Positions 50,536 through 64,000 of a stretch of 64,000 bases of DNA are shown piece by piece (the first letter of the stretch is position 1; the number at the start of each line of letters is the position of its first letter). A model generated the notes under the pieces. It was not told the DNA's origin, did not search any database, and saw only the letters and a program-made list of their open reading frames with translations. A program made the translations under genes and the position numbers. Source of the DNA: Anthoceros angustus (taxonomy: Eukaryota; Plantae; Anthocerotophyta). Where the stretch lies: positions 434,001-498,000 of the forward strand of contig MU008164.1 in NCBI GenBank assembly GCA_010909165.1, in the 5' to 3' direction.

Positions 50536-52855
50536 GCTAGCACTGTCCCATCGATCACGCAACGTACATAGCCTCCTCGGACCTCAAGCAACACACAGAT
50601 TCCGGTGTGATGTCAACCTGCACACCAATCTGCCCCACCCGTCGACTCTACCCCTAGGTGAGACACATGGTGCCTCCCTGATGGCTACGTTTCTTTGTGC
50701 TGGTTGTTGGGCAAAGTGGGCATTGATGCAAGGGTCCGAAGCACGAGCCACCTGCGGCCATGGATGATAGGTGGCCTGGCAGCATCAATGCGAAGCTTCC
50801 TTCTATGTACCCATCTGGCACCTACCCTTACGACGGTGGCCAACTCCAGGGCCCCGCACCCAGGTTTCTGTACCTCGGTGGATAAAGCCGTTGTGTGTCA
50901 AGGTCGTAGGTGACTCCCTGTCTCGTGATTTGGAATGCAAACGCAAAACTGGAACTCTTCGCATTCTGCCAGCTGGGGTCCCAGGTCCTGCGGCTTACGT
51001 GTGTCGCTGGCAAGCGAACGCATGTCCTTCACTTGTGAATCATTCCCAGCCCAGTGGGCCATTACATCTCCACCAACACCCTCCCTGATCTCCATGGCAG
51101 ACGCAGCCTTCGATTGCATGACCGGGTCCCGGTATCTCTCGCTCGATCTGCTGACGACTGCCAAGTACTCTTTCTGCGGGAACCGGCATCACGATGTTGC
51201 AAATATAGCGTTGGGTAATACTAGCACTCTTGTCCTAAATGCACAATCCTCAATGCGCCCAAGGGGAAACAGCTCTTACACACCCTTCAATCCTCACCTA
51301 ATAGGCAAAGGCAAAGGCTCTCTCCTTTCAAAGATTTGTCCTCCACAAGACATGACGTTTTTCTAGGAAAGTGGAGCCTGGTTTCTTCTATTTGTGTAAT
51401 TTGATGGGTGGATCATTATCTCTCTTGATCCCATGAAAGAATAATATTTTTATTTTTTTTATCTCTCCTTGCCGGCCCATCTACCATATGACCATACGAT
51501 AGTGTGGAGAAAAATACCGCAAATTGACATGTCGATATAAAGTGTTTGAATCGAGTAAAATAAAATCCACAAAGTGAGTGCGAAGTGGAGGTCCATGTGT
51601 TCAGACATTGTGGGTCAAAAATAAGCTTTCTATTCTTATTGTCGGGTTTGTCCAAGAAACATTGTTTGTGTTTGTTATCTCACAATGTTATCTACCTAGA
51701 ACTCCTTTCAAGAGCATTGGATACTTGTTGTAAAACGAAAGCAGCAAAGTACATAAAAGAAAAACCCTTGCGCTCATTTTTGCATGGGTGATGAGCCTTA
51801 GCACAAGCCTTCGTATCAAAATCCTTTCAAATATCTTTCGTGTTTCCATAATATCCCGATGAAGAGGTCTTCCTCAGGCAAGGTATTAAAGAGCTTAGCC
51901 TCTTCTATTTTCCCTCTATGCCATATTTTTATTTTTGATAGACAATGGATGTAAAGAAGATAGTGAATGATTTGTTTGAAAGCTTATCATAAACTTCTCA
52001 AAGTCCTCTTCTCAAACTGGAAAGTATCTCTAAAATAGAGGAAAAAGAAAAATACCTATGTTTCATAGCTCCACGCTTCAAGCGCTCCAACATCTTGCTC
52101 CGGAATGCAAGTACTGCAACATGCTGCCCTGCACTTTTAAGATTTTGATAGCTAGAAAAATAGAGGTAGGAAGTGCCGAGCAACCTGTGATCTCCTCACC
52201 GACGTACCTCGTTCGTACGTACCTGGAAACTGGTTGTTGGTATTTCAATATTTGATTTTCATACCTATTCCATTTTGTATTGGTCGGGTACAAGCCAATA
52301 GCCAAATGAGTGGAGCTGTGGGCAGCGAGAAGCGTTATGTATATGTAACTGGGGAACCCTAATGATGCGGCGTAATACATACAGACAGGCTCGTGTTGTA
52401 GAGGCTATATGCTTGTCAGTCCCCTATTAGTGCGTGGCACCGTCCCGGTCCCGCGCAATGGCGTCTTCGCACGCGCTTTCAGGAGCCGGATTTCGAGACT
52501 TGCGCTTTGTTCCAAGATCTTTGCCAGCGCCGCTCGATCTGGCCGCCACCATCGAGCCAGGATCCTAGCTCCCCTCATTTCCCGCCTGTCTCACCACCCT
52601 CCCCTCCCCCCTTCTTAGGCTGGCAGCTGCAGCGGCGGCAGGCTTGAAAATGGACAGCGGCGGCCTGCAATTTGGTGCTGCAGATCCGGAGCCGGGATGG
52701 AAACCGCTCCCTCCGCATTGATCAGCCCTATCGGGAGCTACCTGGTGTGGTGTCCGCATTGCCCCCGCGCCGCTGCACCCACCAATTCCGCAGCTGCAGG
52801 CCTCCATGGGACATGCAAGCCGCACCTCTTCCGGTACCAGCTCCCCGCCACCAGG

Positions 52856-54848
52856 ATGAAACTCTTCCGCGCAGGCTCCCTCAGGGCGCACCCTCCCCGG
52901 AATGCGCTCACGGGCCGCCTCCTGGCGCTGGTGGTGTCGCTCGCTGTTTTGGCGCTGCTTTGGGGAGTTTTGAGCATCAATCAGGGCGGCGAGGTGGAAA
53001 GTCCAGGTATTGGAGCAATGTCGGGTTCTTTGCTGTGCTTTATTTGATCTCGTCTTGATCGGATTAGGAATCGGAGATTGTGTGATTTTGCTCCCTGATC
53101 CAGGGAGTGAGAGGTCTGTGTGCTGGATGTGTGGATCCGAATTCGGGGGCTGAGATGCCTGATCGCAGTGCGCCGGTGGTCGATTTGCTCTTTCAGATGG
53201 CGGCTTGGAAGGGAAAGGCAAGGGATGCTCCAAGCCGGGGAGCTGCGGGCACCTGCTGCCAGCTGACAGGCCTGGAGACGAGGACAGTTACGACGATGAG
53301 GACGACTGGCCGTCTTGGCCGCAGTTTGTGGAGCTGGAAGGGGATCCGAGCGTGACGTTCGTCCACTCTGCGGTCTTCTTTCCCGATTATGTGCTCCTGC
53401 TGCTGAACCCTCTGCAAAGCAATTTGTCGTTTTTTTCGCCTCTGAGAGAGGTTTCGGTGGATGGGATTGAGTGTATATACAACGGGCAGTTGGTGACCAG
53501 TGCGATTGCAGCGGGTGATGGGAGCATTCAGTGTGAACATCCTGCCCTAGAAAGGCGGGCCGCCTTGTGGGGTAAGAAGGTCACGGTGCGGATAGATGGG
53601 AAGGAGAAGGATTCAGTGGCTGCTTATGCGAGGAACTTCTGGCAGATTCTGGTTTACAAGATGATTACATTTGAGGAGGAGGGGGAACTCCTCCTCTTTG
53701 CCAAGGGAGTTCATCATCTTAAGGAGTCCGAGCTGCATGGGCTGTCCTGCTTGTTTGGAAGCCGTGTGAAGACTCCCGTTGTTGCCTTCTGCATGGAGAA
53801 TTTCCGGTGCAAGCTGCCGGAAACCCAGCTGACTGACGAGTATGATCTGGTGGGCCAGATTGTCACTCTCGAGCTCCAGGGCAGGACCTTTCCTTCTGTT
53901 GTGAGGTGGTACCCTCCTTTACATGCAATAAATGACGTCCTACAGGCGGTGCAGGTGGGGAAAAGCTTGCTTGCAGAGCGCCCTTCTCCAGGGCAGCTGC
54001 ATAAGCATGACATCTGTGTTTGCACCATGGTCTGGAATGTTGCCAAGTTCATGAAGGAGTGGGTTATGTATCATAGCCATCTCGGGGTCACACGGTTTTT
54101 TATTTATGACAACAACAGCGATGACAATCTCGAAGAGGTGCTCGAAAGCTTGCGACAGTTCAATGTGTCAAAGCATCCTTGGCCCTGGATCAAAACTCAG
54201 GAGGCGGGGTTTGGGCACTGTGCAGTGACTGCAGGTCCAGAGTGCAACTGGATTGCGTTTATTGATCACGATGAGTTCATTTTTCCGCAGAAGGTCCTGG
54301 GCTTGCAGAGTGATGCTGGCACACCTCTCCAACAACTTCTTGGAGAGTACGACGACCAGGCTGATGGACACTTGGGCCAGCTCCGATTCCCGTGTCTCAA
54401 TTTTGGGCCTTCCGGATTGACAACCCTCCCCAAAAGCGGGCAGGTTATGAACTACATCTGTAGGGCGGCTGCTCCAAAGCGGGTTAAGTCGATTGTTCGA
54501 GTTGAAGCTATGACCAGCACATTCTGCAGCAGGGTGCATTTCTTCGAAATCAAACCGAAATTTTCGCATTCAAGAGTGAGGAAGGGATCGGCCATGATCT
54601 ACCACTACAAGTTCCCTGTGTGGGAGGACTTCCAATACAAGTTTTTGCGGAGGGTGTCAGCAGCTGTACCAGACTGGACGGAAAATGAGCGAATGGACAG
54701 TATTGACAGGACTCCGGGTCTTGGCACCGAAGCTATTCAGCCCAAGGATTGGTCTCATCGGTTCTGTGATGTTGAAGACACAGCCTTGCGAGATTATGTC
54801 CAGCACACCTTCAAGTCTCGAACCTCCAATACTTTCCCCTGGGAATAA
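52856..54848 (+). CDS. Glycosyltransferase family 92 (DUF23) type II membrane protein; intron 53007-53196
   Basis: N-terminal TM (LLALVVSLAVLALLWGVL); CVCTMVWNVAKFMKEWVMYH; FFIYDNNSDD; WPWIKTQEAGFGHC; FIDHDEF; DRTPGLGT. An alternative upstream ATG is at 52697. Confidence 0.93.
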
Positions 54849-55642
54849 GGTGACTAGAACACTACTATGTCTGAGCGCAATAAAGCGAGTTGCGGAGTTG
54901 CCCTGTGTAGAAAACACCGAGTCATGGCGCTCGACGGGAAACTGGTTCTTTTCTGCTGCTTCCTGGCCAATCGTCAGCCTTTCCATTGGCGTCCATTCAT
55001 TATGCAGCCCGGCCTCTCGCTGGCAACAGGACTGCGCAAATGTGAAGACCATCAAAGTGCCGATTCCTACTTCTGTAGAGATACCTATGTAGCCGGGCGA
55101 AGCCTGCGCACCTCGTGGGAAGCCAGGAACAGTAAAGGCATGCGCCCTCCCCATTTCCAATTTTTTAGACAACAGAGCCGAAGCCTGTCGCGGCCTAGTA
55201 TCCAACTCTCTGGGCCTTCTGTCAACAGCTTGGGTTCCATGTGGGACATCAACACCCCATTTGCGCGTAATTTCAATTCACAAAACAAAAAGCTATTTAT
55301 GTACCTACCCGAAACCAGCATGTGATAGGAACAGTCCGTCACCACGAGAACACCTAAACGTGAATGTGTGAATAAAGACAACTCCGAACCAGGGCTCCCA
55401 AGGTCCCAGCAGACTCAATCGGGAAGGGCGGCAAGCTCGGACAGCAATACATGCGAGCCGAAAACGGCAATTGCCTTTGTCATATAAATGTCGGCTAAGG
55501 AAACCGTTCTCTGCAAAACAAAGGTTGAGAACTATCTGGACTAATATCAAACAGCGCACGAGTGGAATCGCGATACGCTTTGATCGATCGCTCCTGTTTC
55601 CGAGCGGATCGCTGGGTCGCGGCTGCTGGCGGCGGTTCTGTC

Positions 55643-57507
55643 ATGTCGGATCTGATGCAGTTCTACCCAGGCTTTGGGGGGATGGGGGGCCCCAATTCCG
55701 CTCCCTTCGAGCAGAATTACCGATGCTACTCTGCCTCTTTCATTGACAAGGTCAGTCTCGGAATTCAGCATCGGTTTGCCAGGGTCAGATTCGGTGGGAT
55801 CTTTTGCGGGGCATTTTTTTGGGTCACGGCTAGTGTGGAATGAATGGCTGCTGATGGTGATTTTTGTGCTGGATGCAGTCTCATTTGGAGAATGGCGATA
55901 AAGGTGAGGCCCTGCAGCACGTTCTTGGTTTCTAGGGTTTCTGACCTGCAGCCTTGTGGTTTCAGGAGGAAGCACCTGTGTTGGTGATGTTGTGAGTGCA
56001 GAATTGATTTTTGTTGGTGCACCTGCATGATGTTTGCAGGTGGTGTTGAATTTAGGGTAGTCCCCTATTTTCTACAACTCATGTTGGAGCTGCCATTATT
56101 GATTCCGATGCCCTGTTGATGACCATTGCCACATCTCGACTTCTGACCTGTTTGTTGTGTGTCTTGTGTTGGATACACTTGAAGTTATCATGCCTCCATC
56201 CGCTCTCGACCGTTTGGGTGAGAAACCGATGTTCTGCCTAGCACGTGAAGGAGGGCCACGCTTTCTTGTGGAATTTTGAACAGCTTTTAAATGATACTCG
56301 TTTGACATGTGCTTCCTTCCTGCTCCAGCATCCCTCCGAATTGACTACCCCATGCTCTTTGAAGTGTACAATCCACAGACACTTCGCACTTCACACTGTG
56401 GAGTTCTTGAGTTTGTTGCAGAGGAAGGCATGATATACATGCCTTACTGGGTATGTGACCGGAATATCCTCTTTGCCTTGGTAGCCGCTGTCCAGAGGAT
56501 GCAGTTGTGGTCAACGATTGTTTGTTCTTTCTGTAACAACAGCAACGGGTCAACAGATGATGCAGAACATGCTTCTACAAGAAGGAGATATTGTGAAGTT
56601 GAAGAGTGCAACTCTCCCAAAGGGAACATACGTGAAGCTGCAGCCACACACAACAGATTTTCTAGACATTTCGAATCCAAAGGCTGTGTACGTGGACATA
56701 ACACATGAAACATTCCAATTACCTCGTGTGAAACAAGTTGTTTGTATGTAAATAGCATTCACTGTGTCCTTGAACTAATGAGACTGTGTTTGTTCAGTTT
56801 AGAGACAACTCTGAGGAACTTCTCTTGCCTCACTGTCGGGGATAACATCATGGTGGCATACAACAACAAGAAGTACTACATAGACATCGTGGAGGCGAAA
56901 CCTGCATCTGCCATCTCCATCATTGAAACAGATTGTGAAGTCGACTTTGCTCCTCCCTTGGACTACAAGGAACCCCCAAAACCTGCTCCTGTGCCGGCTG
57001 TCTCCACTCCACGAGGTACATTGAAGGCACCCTCTCATACTCATTTGCTCCTGCATTCACAGTGCACTCATGCAACGTCTTTTTTCACTGGCATGCAGTT
57101 GTCGAAGAAGTTGCAGAGCCTGCAGAGCGGAAATTCAGCGCATTCCAAGGCTCTGGCAGACGGCTGGATGGGAAGCCTTCCCGTCCTGTCACACCCCCAA
57201 CTAGTACCTCCGTCTCAACCTCCTCATCTGTCAAGAGTGTAACAGCACCAGGCCCTCCTCAAAGGCCCCCTGGCAAGCTGGTATTTGGAAGCAACCCCAC
57301 GGACATCACACCATCTGTTAAGGTACCTTTGATCTCCGTCTGCTGGTAATATCTTTTCTTTCTCTTCTCCAGCCTCTCCCTAAACCCTTTATCCTCTCGT
57401 TGCAGCCCCCAACACCACGAAATGAAGAGAAGAAGGAAGAAGCTCCAAAAGAAGAGGTACCCAAATTTCAGGCTTTCACAGGAAAGAAGTACACTCTCCG
57501 GGGCTGA
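55643..57507 (+). CDS. UFD1: Ubiquitin fusion degradation protein 1, multi-exon
   Basis: [15 protein letters not shown]|SHLENGDK|[10 protein letters not shown]|IDYPMLFE; [12 protein letters not shown]; [24 protein letters not shown]; [12 protein letters not shown]; [11 protein letters not shown]. Confidence 0.97.
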
Positions 57508-58539
57508 TAGAAGCCCTGAGAAATCAAAGGTGAAATTTGTGGATACAATAAAGGCCCCTGTCTTTAATGTGTGATATGTTGACTGACTACCTACTCACAC
57601 CCATATTACGCACATGTCGACTCTTATCACAGCCACCACTACTCACACCCATGTGTATGTAGTTCCCTTGGTTTTCAATCAGGTTCCTGCTCGTTCGTCC
57701 ATCACGTTCCTATTCGGTGAACGGCAGGTAAGTGTCCGAAATCTCCCTACGGACTTCAGATCCGCTCCAAGATTCACCTTAACTAACCATACCAACGACC
57801 TCCCTGCATATTGAAGCTCCCTGAATATTGAAAGACGTAAGAGGGAAAGAGCAAATGGGCAGAACTTCCAATGCATCGGAATGTGCATATTTCATTATGG
57901 AAGAGTCTAGGTAAGGTGGATGTTTTCTTCTGCCTCCTAAGGCCTGCATTGGTGCTGTTGCGCCGCCAAGTTGACAGTGGAGCTGCGCAGGAGCTATTGG
58001 TACACACAAAGTAATAAGGCACATAACACGAGGCCGGCGCAAATGGTTTTGCCTTTGGCATCCCATATGTCATGGGGCCATGCCCGCTCGCACCCACTGC
58101 GCATGTCCACACCATCCCGCACACACGTTACCGTTGGATGGCAACAGCTTGCTGCGCCCGTTTGGACGCCCGTTCCGCCAAACTCCATCCCTAAGTTGTG
58201 CCAGGGCATAGTTATTCCAGGAAAACGAAAACGGGCGGGCAAAACGCTTTGGTTTCAAAACACATGTTAATGAAAGCCTCCGGACCTTCCCTGCTCAATT
58301 ACTCGAGTGTGTCACACCAAGCTAGCAATGTGCGTTGTTGATCACGCTATGGGAAGTGGTATGATGGTCCTTGTAGGCGCTGCGATGGATTGATTAGGTG
58401 TGGGGGGCTTGTAGTTCATCTTGTCAGTAAAGTGTAAGTTTTCAGTTCCTCCGACTGATTCACGAGAGTTGTGATTGCTTCGCAGAGATCATTTAATTAG
58501 CCTAATCTCGGGCGGTTAAGCATTTTGACGTTGGGTGTT

Positions 58540-60650
58540 ATGCTACCTCAGATGGCAAGGTTTCCTTATGAGATCCAGACTCCACCGCCAGCATTTTCAA
58601 GGCGGCTTGGAATGGCTGGACACCATACATGTAGTTAAATAAAATTATGTGGTGGTACATTCCATGGGAAAGGGTTTGAGACTTCTTGACGGTGAGCAAA
58701 ATCCAATTTTTCCAACCAGCTTGTGAAAGCCGCAGGTCCAGGAGAGGCACGTAAGTATAATGTCTGTCACCAACCACACCAAAACAATACATAAGGTATT
58801 CATGCGTATGGTTCCAGATCGACAACCGTCTCCAAAGTGATGCACCCTTGGTGGACATGACTAATGTGCCAAAGTCCGGACTGAAGTCGAAGGAGCAAGG
58901 TGGCTTGTGGGGAGAGCAGGAAAGTAGGTTGTGAGTTTGTGTTATCATTACTCAATTGGAGTTGTTTCAAGATATTGCTCAAATCCGTTTTGATCAGTGG
59001 CATCATGTGAATGCCTCTGGTGACTTTTGCCATGGATTGTTAGCAGCAGATGCAGCTCCCTCACGTGCTCTTGCTCCTTCTTTATCAGCAAGCAAGAGAG
59101 AATGGGTGAAGCACAAACTTTTGTGCAAAACCACTCCATACCAGATTTTATGTGATCACGAGAACGATGTCTATGTTAGGATGCAAGGGGATCCTAACGC
59201 TGTCTTACATAGAGATGATTTTCTCTTGCCTAAGGACATACGCAACTTGCGGTGAGTTGGATGCAAGGACTTGGAGACTCCATACCATTGATGAAGTCGG
59301 TGTCAAGCTATGGATTGACATCCACAGGATATTGTTTTCTTCCCACCACCGGTGCTTGATGGAGGGCACACATTTTACTTTAGGGTTTCAAACAAGATTC
59401 CGGAGGAATGCATGCTTCAGGGGCATCAATCCATCATTTCAATGGATGCCACATTCGGCACCAACAAGTGGAAGGTTAGATTCTTTGCATTTCAAACACA
59501 AGATTGTGGGATGCTGGCTTCCTAACTCGCTTTCTCTTTATTTCAGTTTCAATTGTTCACTTTGCTGGTGTTCGATGATCACCGCAATGGCATACCGGTG
59601 GCCTGGGTAGTGACCAGTCAATCTACTGCAGAACACATGGCCATGTGGTTAACGGCTTTGCAAAGGAAATTGCAGTCACTACGGTTAGATTGGCATCCTA
59701 CGGCTTTCCTTGTCGATGACTGTGCAGCGGAGATAAAAGCAATCCGGCAAGTATTTGGCAGCACAACTCTTGTGTTCCTCTGTCTATGGCATGTACGGCG
59801 GCTCTTGAAGAAAGTCAAGTCCGTAGCAGGCAGCCATGATGAAGGCCTTGGGAAATGTTATGTACATGGACATGGACTCAAGGAATGATCTAGCATCAGC
59901 CGGATGAAGCTTCAAGAGTTTCTGAGGTGTATGGTGCCTCGGAAGCTTTTGTGCATTATTTTCAGCGGTGGGGATGTCATGGACATGTGGATAAAGGCGA
60001 AGGACTATACCTCATGCAGGCCAAGACGCAACTCTTGATCAGCTTATCATCGTCACCTTAAACCGTTGTCTCCTCACAAAGAAGAATCTTCATAGCGACA
60101 ACTCGGCTTTTACATATCTTGAGATGAGTGAGCAGACATTTTGGTACCAAAGACAATGTAAGCGAGTGGCATCATTAGGAATAATAAGCAAGAACGGTTG
60201 TCGGAAGTGCCGAACAAAGCATTGGAAATCCCAGTCCGATGTATCCCTACCTTGTCTTGGGGCAACCATATGCTATCGTGAGGCGAGAATGCAAAGAAGG
60301 ACAAGGCTTATCATGTGTTTAACGCCGGCTCTCCTTGGGGCAGCTGCACATGCAAGATTTCATCTGAGGTTTCTTTGTAAGCATCAAGTGAAGGTCATGA
60401 TGCTCTTGCAGGAAGTAGTGCCCACAGAAACCCTTGTGGGTATATATGCATCGTGGCTACTTCACAAGAATCGTATAGACAAGCACCTCTATTTTCTGCC
60501 GGGAGGCTGAACTTTGTGGTAGTGTTCGAAACGAGCTGACAATTGTGCATCGTCCTTTGTCACAAGTGGGTGCTGGAACAAAGCGGGATTACGAGAGCTC
60601 CTGTCCCCGCCAAATGAACTTAGCAACTGTTTGGGAAAACATATCAAGTT
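58540..60650 (+). mobile_element. Mutator-like (MULE) transposase with SWIM finger, frameshifted
   Basis: ISMDATFGTNKWK; LFTLLVFDDHRNGIPVAWVVT; FLVDDCAAEIKAIRQVFG...LCLWHVRR; CTC...LCKH. Boundaries are approximate and no TIRs were identified. Confidence 0.85.
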
Positions 60651-61662
60651 TAGTGTAGAGGAAACCTGGCATTGAGGCCCATGCAGTTGCACTGATACAG
60701 GTGTGTTCCAGTTAGAGGTGTGGCTGCAGGCTGAGGAGAATAGTCTAATGCAGATTCCATACCTCTTGCCAATAGGCGAAGCGTCCGACAATAGCTTGAA
60801 GAGGAAGAAACCGTTTTGGGAAAACAGTCTATCATGGAAACTGCCTCCGAAGGCAAAGCGCCCTACATTTGCTGAACAAGCTGCAGGGAAGGCTGCCTTC
60901 AGTGAATCGATTAAGTAGAAATGCCGATCCTTGCCGATTGTGCAAAGGCTGGCCACGTTTTTGTCTTTGCTCACTCACCTGCAAACGCGATTGTCGCAAT
61001 CCATCTTACAACCAGAACTCCGTTGTTTGGGGTCCAAAACACAATACAGACATATCATTCTGTAACCCCTGCATAGACCTTCCATTCAAGATATTGGGCA
61101 CAGAAATCCGTGAACTGTGCATGCAAAAATCAGCAAAACCTCCTGCTGCATTCTCATTCTTGTGCATCCGTTTTCAATGATACCGCAAGCATTTGGATGC
61201 CAAACCAAAGTATGCATATCATTACATAGCCCGTGCGAGGGCTTTGATTCTAGATATTGGCGGGCATTACGCAAATAGTGCATGAAGCGATCTGCGCTCC
61301 TCGCCACCTTGTTCTCGCCTGTGCTCTCCAACTTTCCTTGAGCAACTTCTCCTGTTGTCCACACTCGCCGGTGAGAGCCATGGCTGCTGGGTCGAGGAGA
61401 TCACTGCGTCGAGCCATGGCCGAGTCGAGCTGCAGTTCAATTGTCCGCCTGCCCCCCCCTCCACAACAATTCTCGCACGCGAGCGGTGTCACCTATCTCC
61501 ACTTTAGCCGGACGGGTCAGTGAAATGTCGCCCAAAATGTCCCGGAGCTCCGTCGCGGACTTGGCTGCCGAAACTAACCCCTCCTCTTCTAGGGGTTGGT
61601 CTGCCACTGCCTCCTCCTCCGCTCCAATCTCTCCTAGCGGCAGCGACTCATGCCCTGCACCT

Positions 61663-62546
61663 GAGAGGGGAACAACTTGCCGTTTCCCTTTTATTTTCTC
61701 CTCCTTCACCCGCTCGCCGATTTCGACTGGTGACCCTAGGTGTAGCATGGGTTCCTCTTCTCGCTGTGTCCTTCCCTTTTCGACCCGTTCGATCCTCGCC
61801 CTCACTTGCCCTTGAAACCTCCCACCTTCATCCAGATCTTCTAGGGAGGCGATTCCCAATCGCTGGAATCCTTCCGGAATCCTCCTTACACTCCTCCTCC
61901 TCTACCTTGAGTTCACGGCGGTTTCCAGCTATGAAGGCGGAACCACGACTTCAACTCCGTTAGACACCGGAATGCGCGAATACATGAATCGGAAAAGGTG
62001 AAATCAAGGAGGGCCGAGGAAGGGAGAGCAAGTCGCCTTCTCACAGCTCTTTCAAAGATCATCCTCCCCAATCGATTAGTGTGCCCTTAACCACCTCATG
62101 AAGAAAGACCGAGAGGGGAACAACTTGCTTCCTTTTATTTTCTCCTCCTTCACCCGCTCGCCGCCGATTTCGACCGGTGACCCTAGGTGTAGTCAGGTTC
62201 CTCTTCTCAAGGTCGTCCTTCCCTTTTCGACCCCTGCTTCGCCTCCGCCCGCTTGCCCTTGGAAACCTCCCACCTTCATCCGAATCTTCTAGGGAGGCGA
62301 TTCCCAATCGCTGGAATCCTTCCTAATCCTCCTTACCTCCTCCTCTACCTTGAGTTCTGACCGCTCTATGAAGGGCGATACGCTTCCAACTCCGTTAGAC
62401 ACCGGAATGCGCGAATACATGAATCGGAAAAGGTGAAATCAAGGAGGGCCGAGGAAGGGAGAGCACCGCCTTCTCACAAAGCTCTTTCAAAGATCATCCT
62501 CCCCAATCGATTAGTGTACCCTTAACCACCTCATGAAGAAAGACCG
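61663..62546. repeat. ~440-bp direct tandem duplication within a degenerate minus-strand TE-like ORF
   Basis: 61663-62110 vs 62111-62546. Confidence 0.9.
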
Positions 62547-63699
62547 TGAAGTGGTCCGCCATATGATCCAACTTTGTTAGAAACACAAAATCCACTTGGC
62601 CAATCCCACGGTACCGAACACGAGTTGGCGAGTCACCCATCCATTGTTCACCCTCACTTCCCCATGCTTCATGAGCGCGGCCGCTGCAACTCTCAGGGTC
62701 TTCTTTCTCTGGGGGTCAATTACCAAGCTCCCATCCTCTGATGCTTCTCGCCCATACACTGCTCGAAAGAGCCCCAAATCCCAGTTTTGCGGCCTCTTCC
62801 TCGCGTCGCCCTCTTGCGACCTGGTTCTCAATTGTCAGGCGCACTCTTGCACCAATCTTTGGTACATGTAACACCATTTCTTCTCCATAAATTCCGGGCT
62901 CCGCAGCTGCCAGCTCTCACCTTCCAGTGGTCCATGTTGGGCCACTGCGTGGTGGGATTTCGCACTGGGCGCCATCTCCTTCCTCCTTGTTTCCCGGAAA
63001 AACTCGACCCACTGCGAGGTCGAGAAAAAGGAACACCACCCTTGCACGCTTCTTCCACTCCTCTTCGCGCTGGCCCTCTTGCCTCAGCGCCTCTTCCTCC
63101 TTCGCTAGTTCGCCCCTTGGTTTCCTTCCTCCGCCACCGCCTGACCGATTGACGCGCCTTCTACCGCAGTAAGCAGACTCGGCCCAGCGCGATTGCATCG
63201 CGCCCGGCTGCGGCTCCGCTCGGCTGGCCGCCCTTCTACTGCCGCAGTAAGCAGACTCGGCCCAGGCGCAGTTGCATGCGCGCGCCCAGCTTGCTGCAGC
63301 TCCTCGGCGTCTGCGGAAATTCGCGACCTCGCGGTGCTGGGTGTGTCCTTCTCTCGATTGACTCCGTGGCCCGCCACTAGGGTTGTAAACTCCCCCTGGT
63401 CTATACGTCCCGTTCTTCGGCCACCGTGGTGGAACTAGCCACCTCCCCACTTGACTACCCAACTGTGGCATATTGTGAGCATTCCTAGCATATATAGACA
63501 CCTCGTATCCAAAAATCACCAAAACCCAAGGACTCTATTTCCGACCTACCGACGAAAAAAATTATTATTATCACCAAGGGCCAAGGACCATTCCCGTATA
63601 AAAGGCCTTACCCAGACGATTCTCAAAGCACTTTGCTATACTAACACACCCAAAACAAAAAAAATCGTTCAACCCGACACTTCGGAGAGGGGTTAGTGT

Positions 63700-64000
63700 A
63701 CATGTGGTCTTCCACAACGCCCAAGGCTGCAGGTGGCGTCGCTTGTTTTTTCCGATCTTCTCTCTCTGATTTCATCACTGTCGCTAGGGAGGACTCCTTC
63801 GCGAGGGTCTTATGGATCAAGGTTTCCGCAACCATCCTTCCATCTGTTTGTCATTTGTTCATAGCATGCTGTTACTTTCCACCTCAGGGTTCTCCGCATG
63901 CTAGAGGCCAACCTCTCTTTACGTTTCAAGACCTCTTTGAAGATCTCATGTTTTTCATGCCCCAAGGAGATATCCTCTTGGTTGGAGACTTCAATGCTTA
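63700..64000 (+). mobile_element. LINE ORF2 AP-endonuclease fragment (continues beyond the window)
   Basis: GGVACFFR, LWIKV, FIACCYFPPQGS, DILLVGDFNA. Confidence 0.75.

Overview
Eukaryotic plant nuclear DNA with short introns and high gene density. A nuclear CysW-type sulfate permease suggests a non-seed plant such as a hornwort (inference). 1-36.5 kb is a nested repeat region. It holds a frameshifted gene combining a ParB-like domain with a beta-class N4-cytosine/N6-adenine DNA methyltransferase, which ends in terminal hairpins against a truncated Ty1/copia element. It also holds a ~3.2-kb tandem array carrying acireductone dioxygenase (ARD) genes. The array is interrupted by a 5.3-kb hairpin/asymmetric-inverted-repeat element carrying a truncated RNA-dependent RNA polymerase, and by a 10-kb CACTA transposon. 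36.6-57.5 kb is an intact gene block: TONSOKU, DSN1-like, RPL4, phosphomannose isomerase, CysW/SULP2, a GT92 glycosyltransferase and UFD1. 58.5-64 kb contains MULE, tandem-duplicated TE and LINE remnants. Indels in the repeats cluster at CG-containing sites and may be long-read errors, so several 'pseudogenes' may really be intact. The best candidate for an undescribed system is the mobile ParB-like plus amino-methyltransferase gene at 1-2.6 kb.
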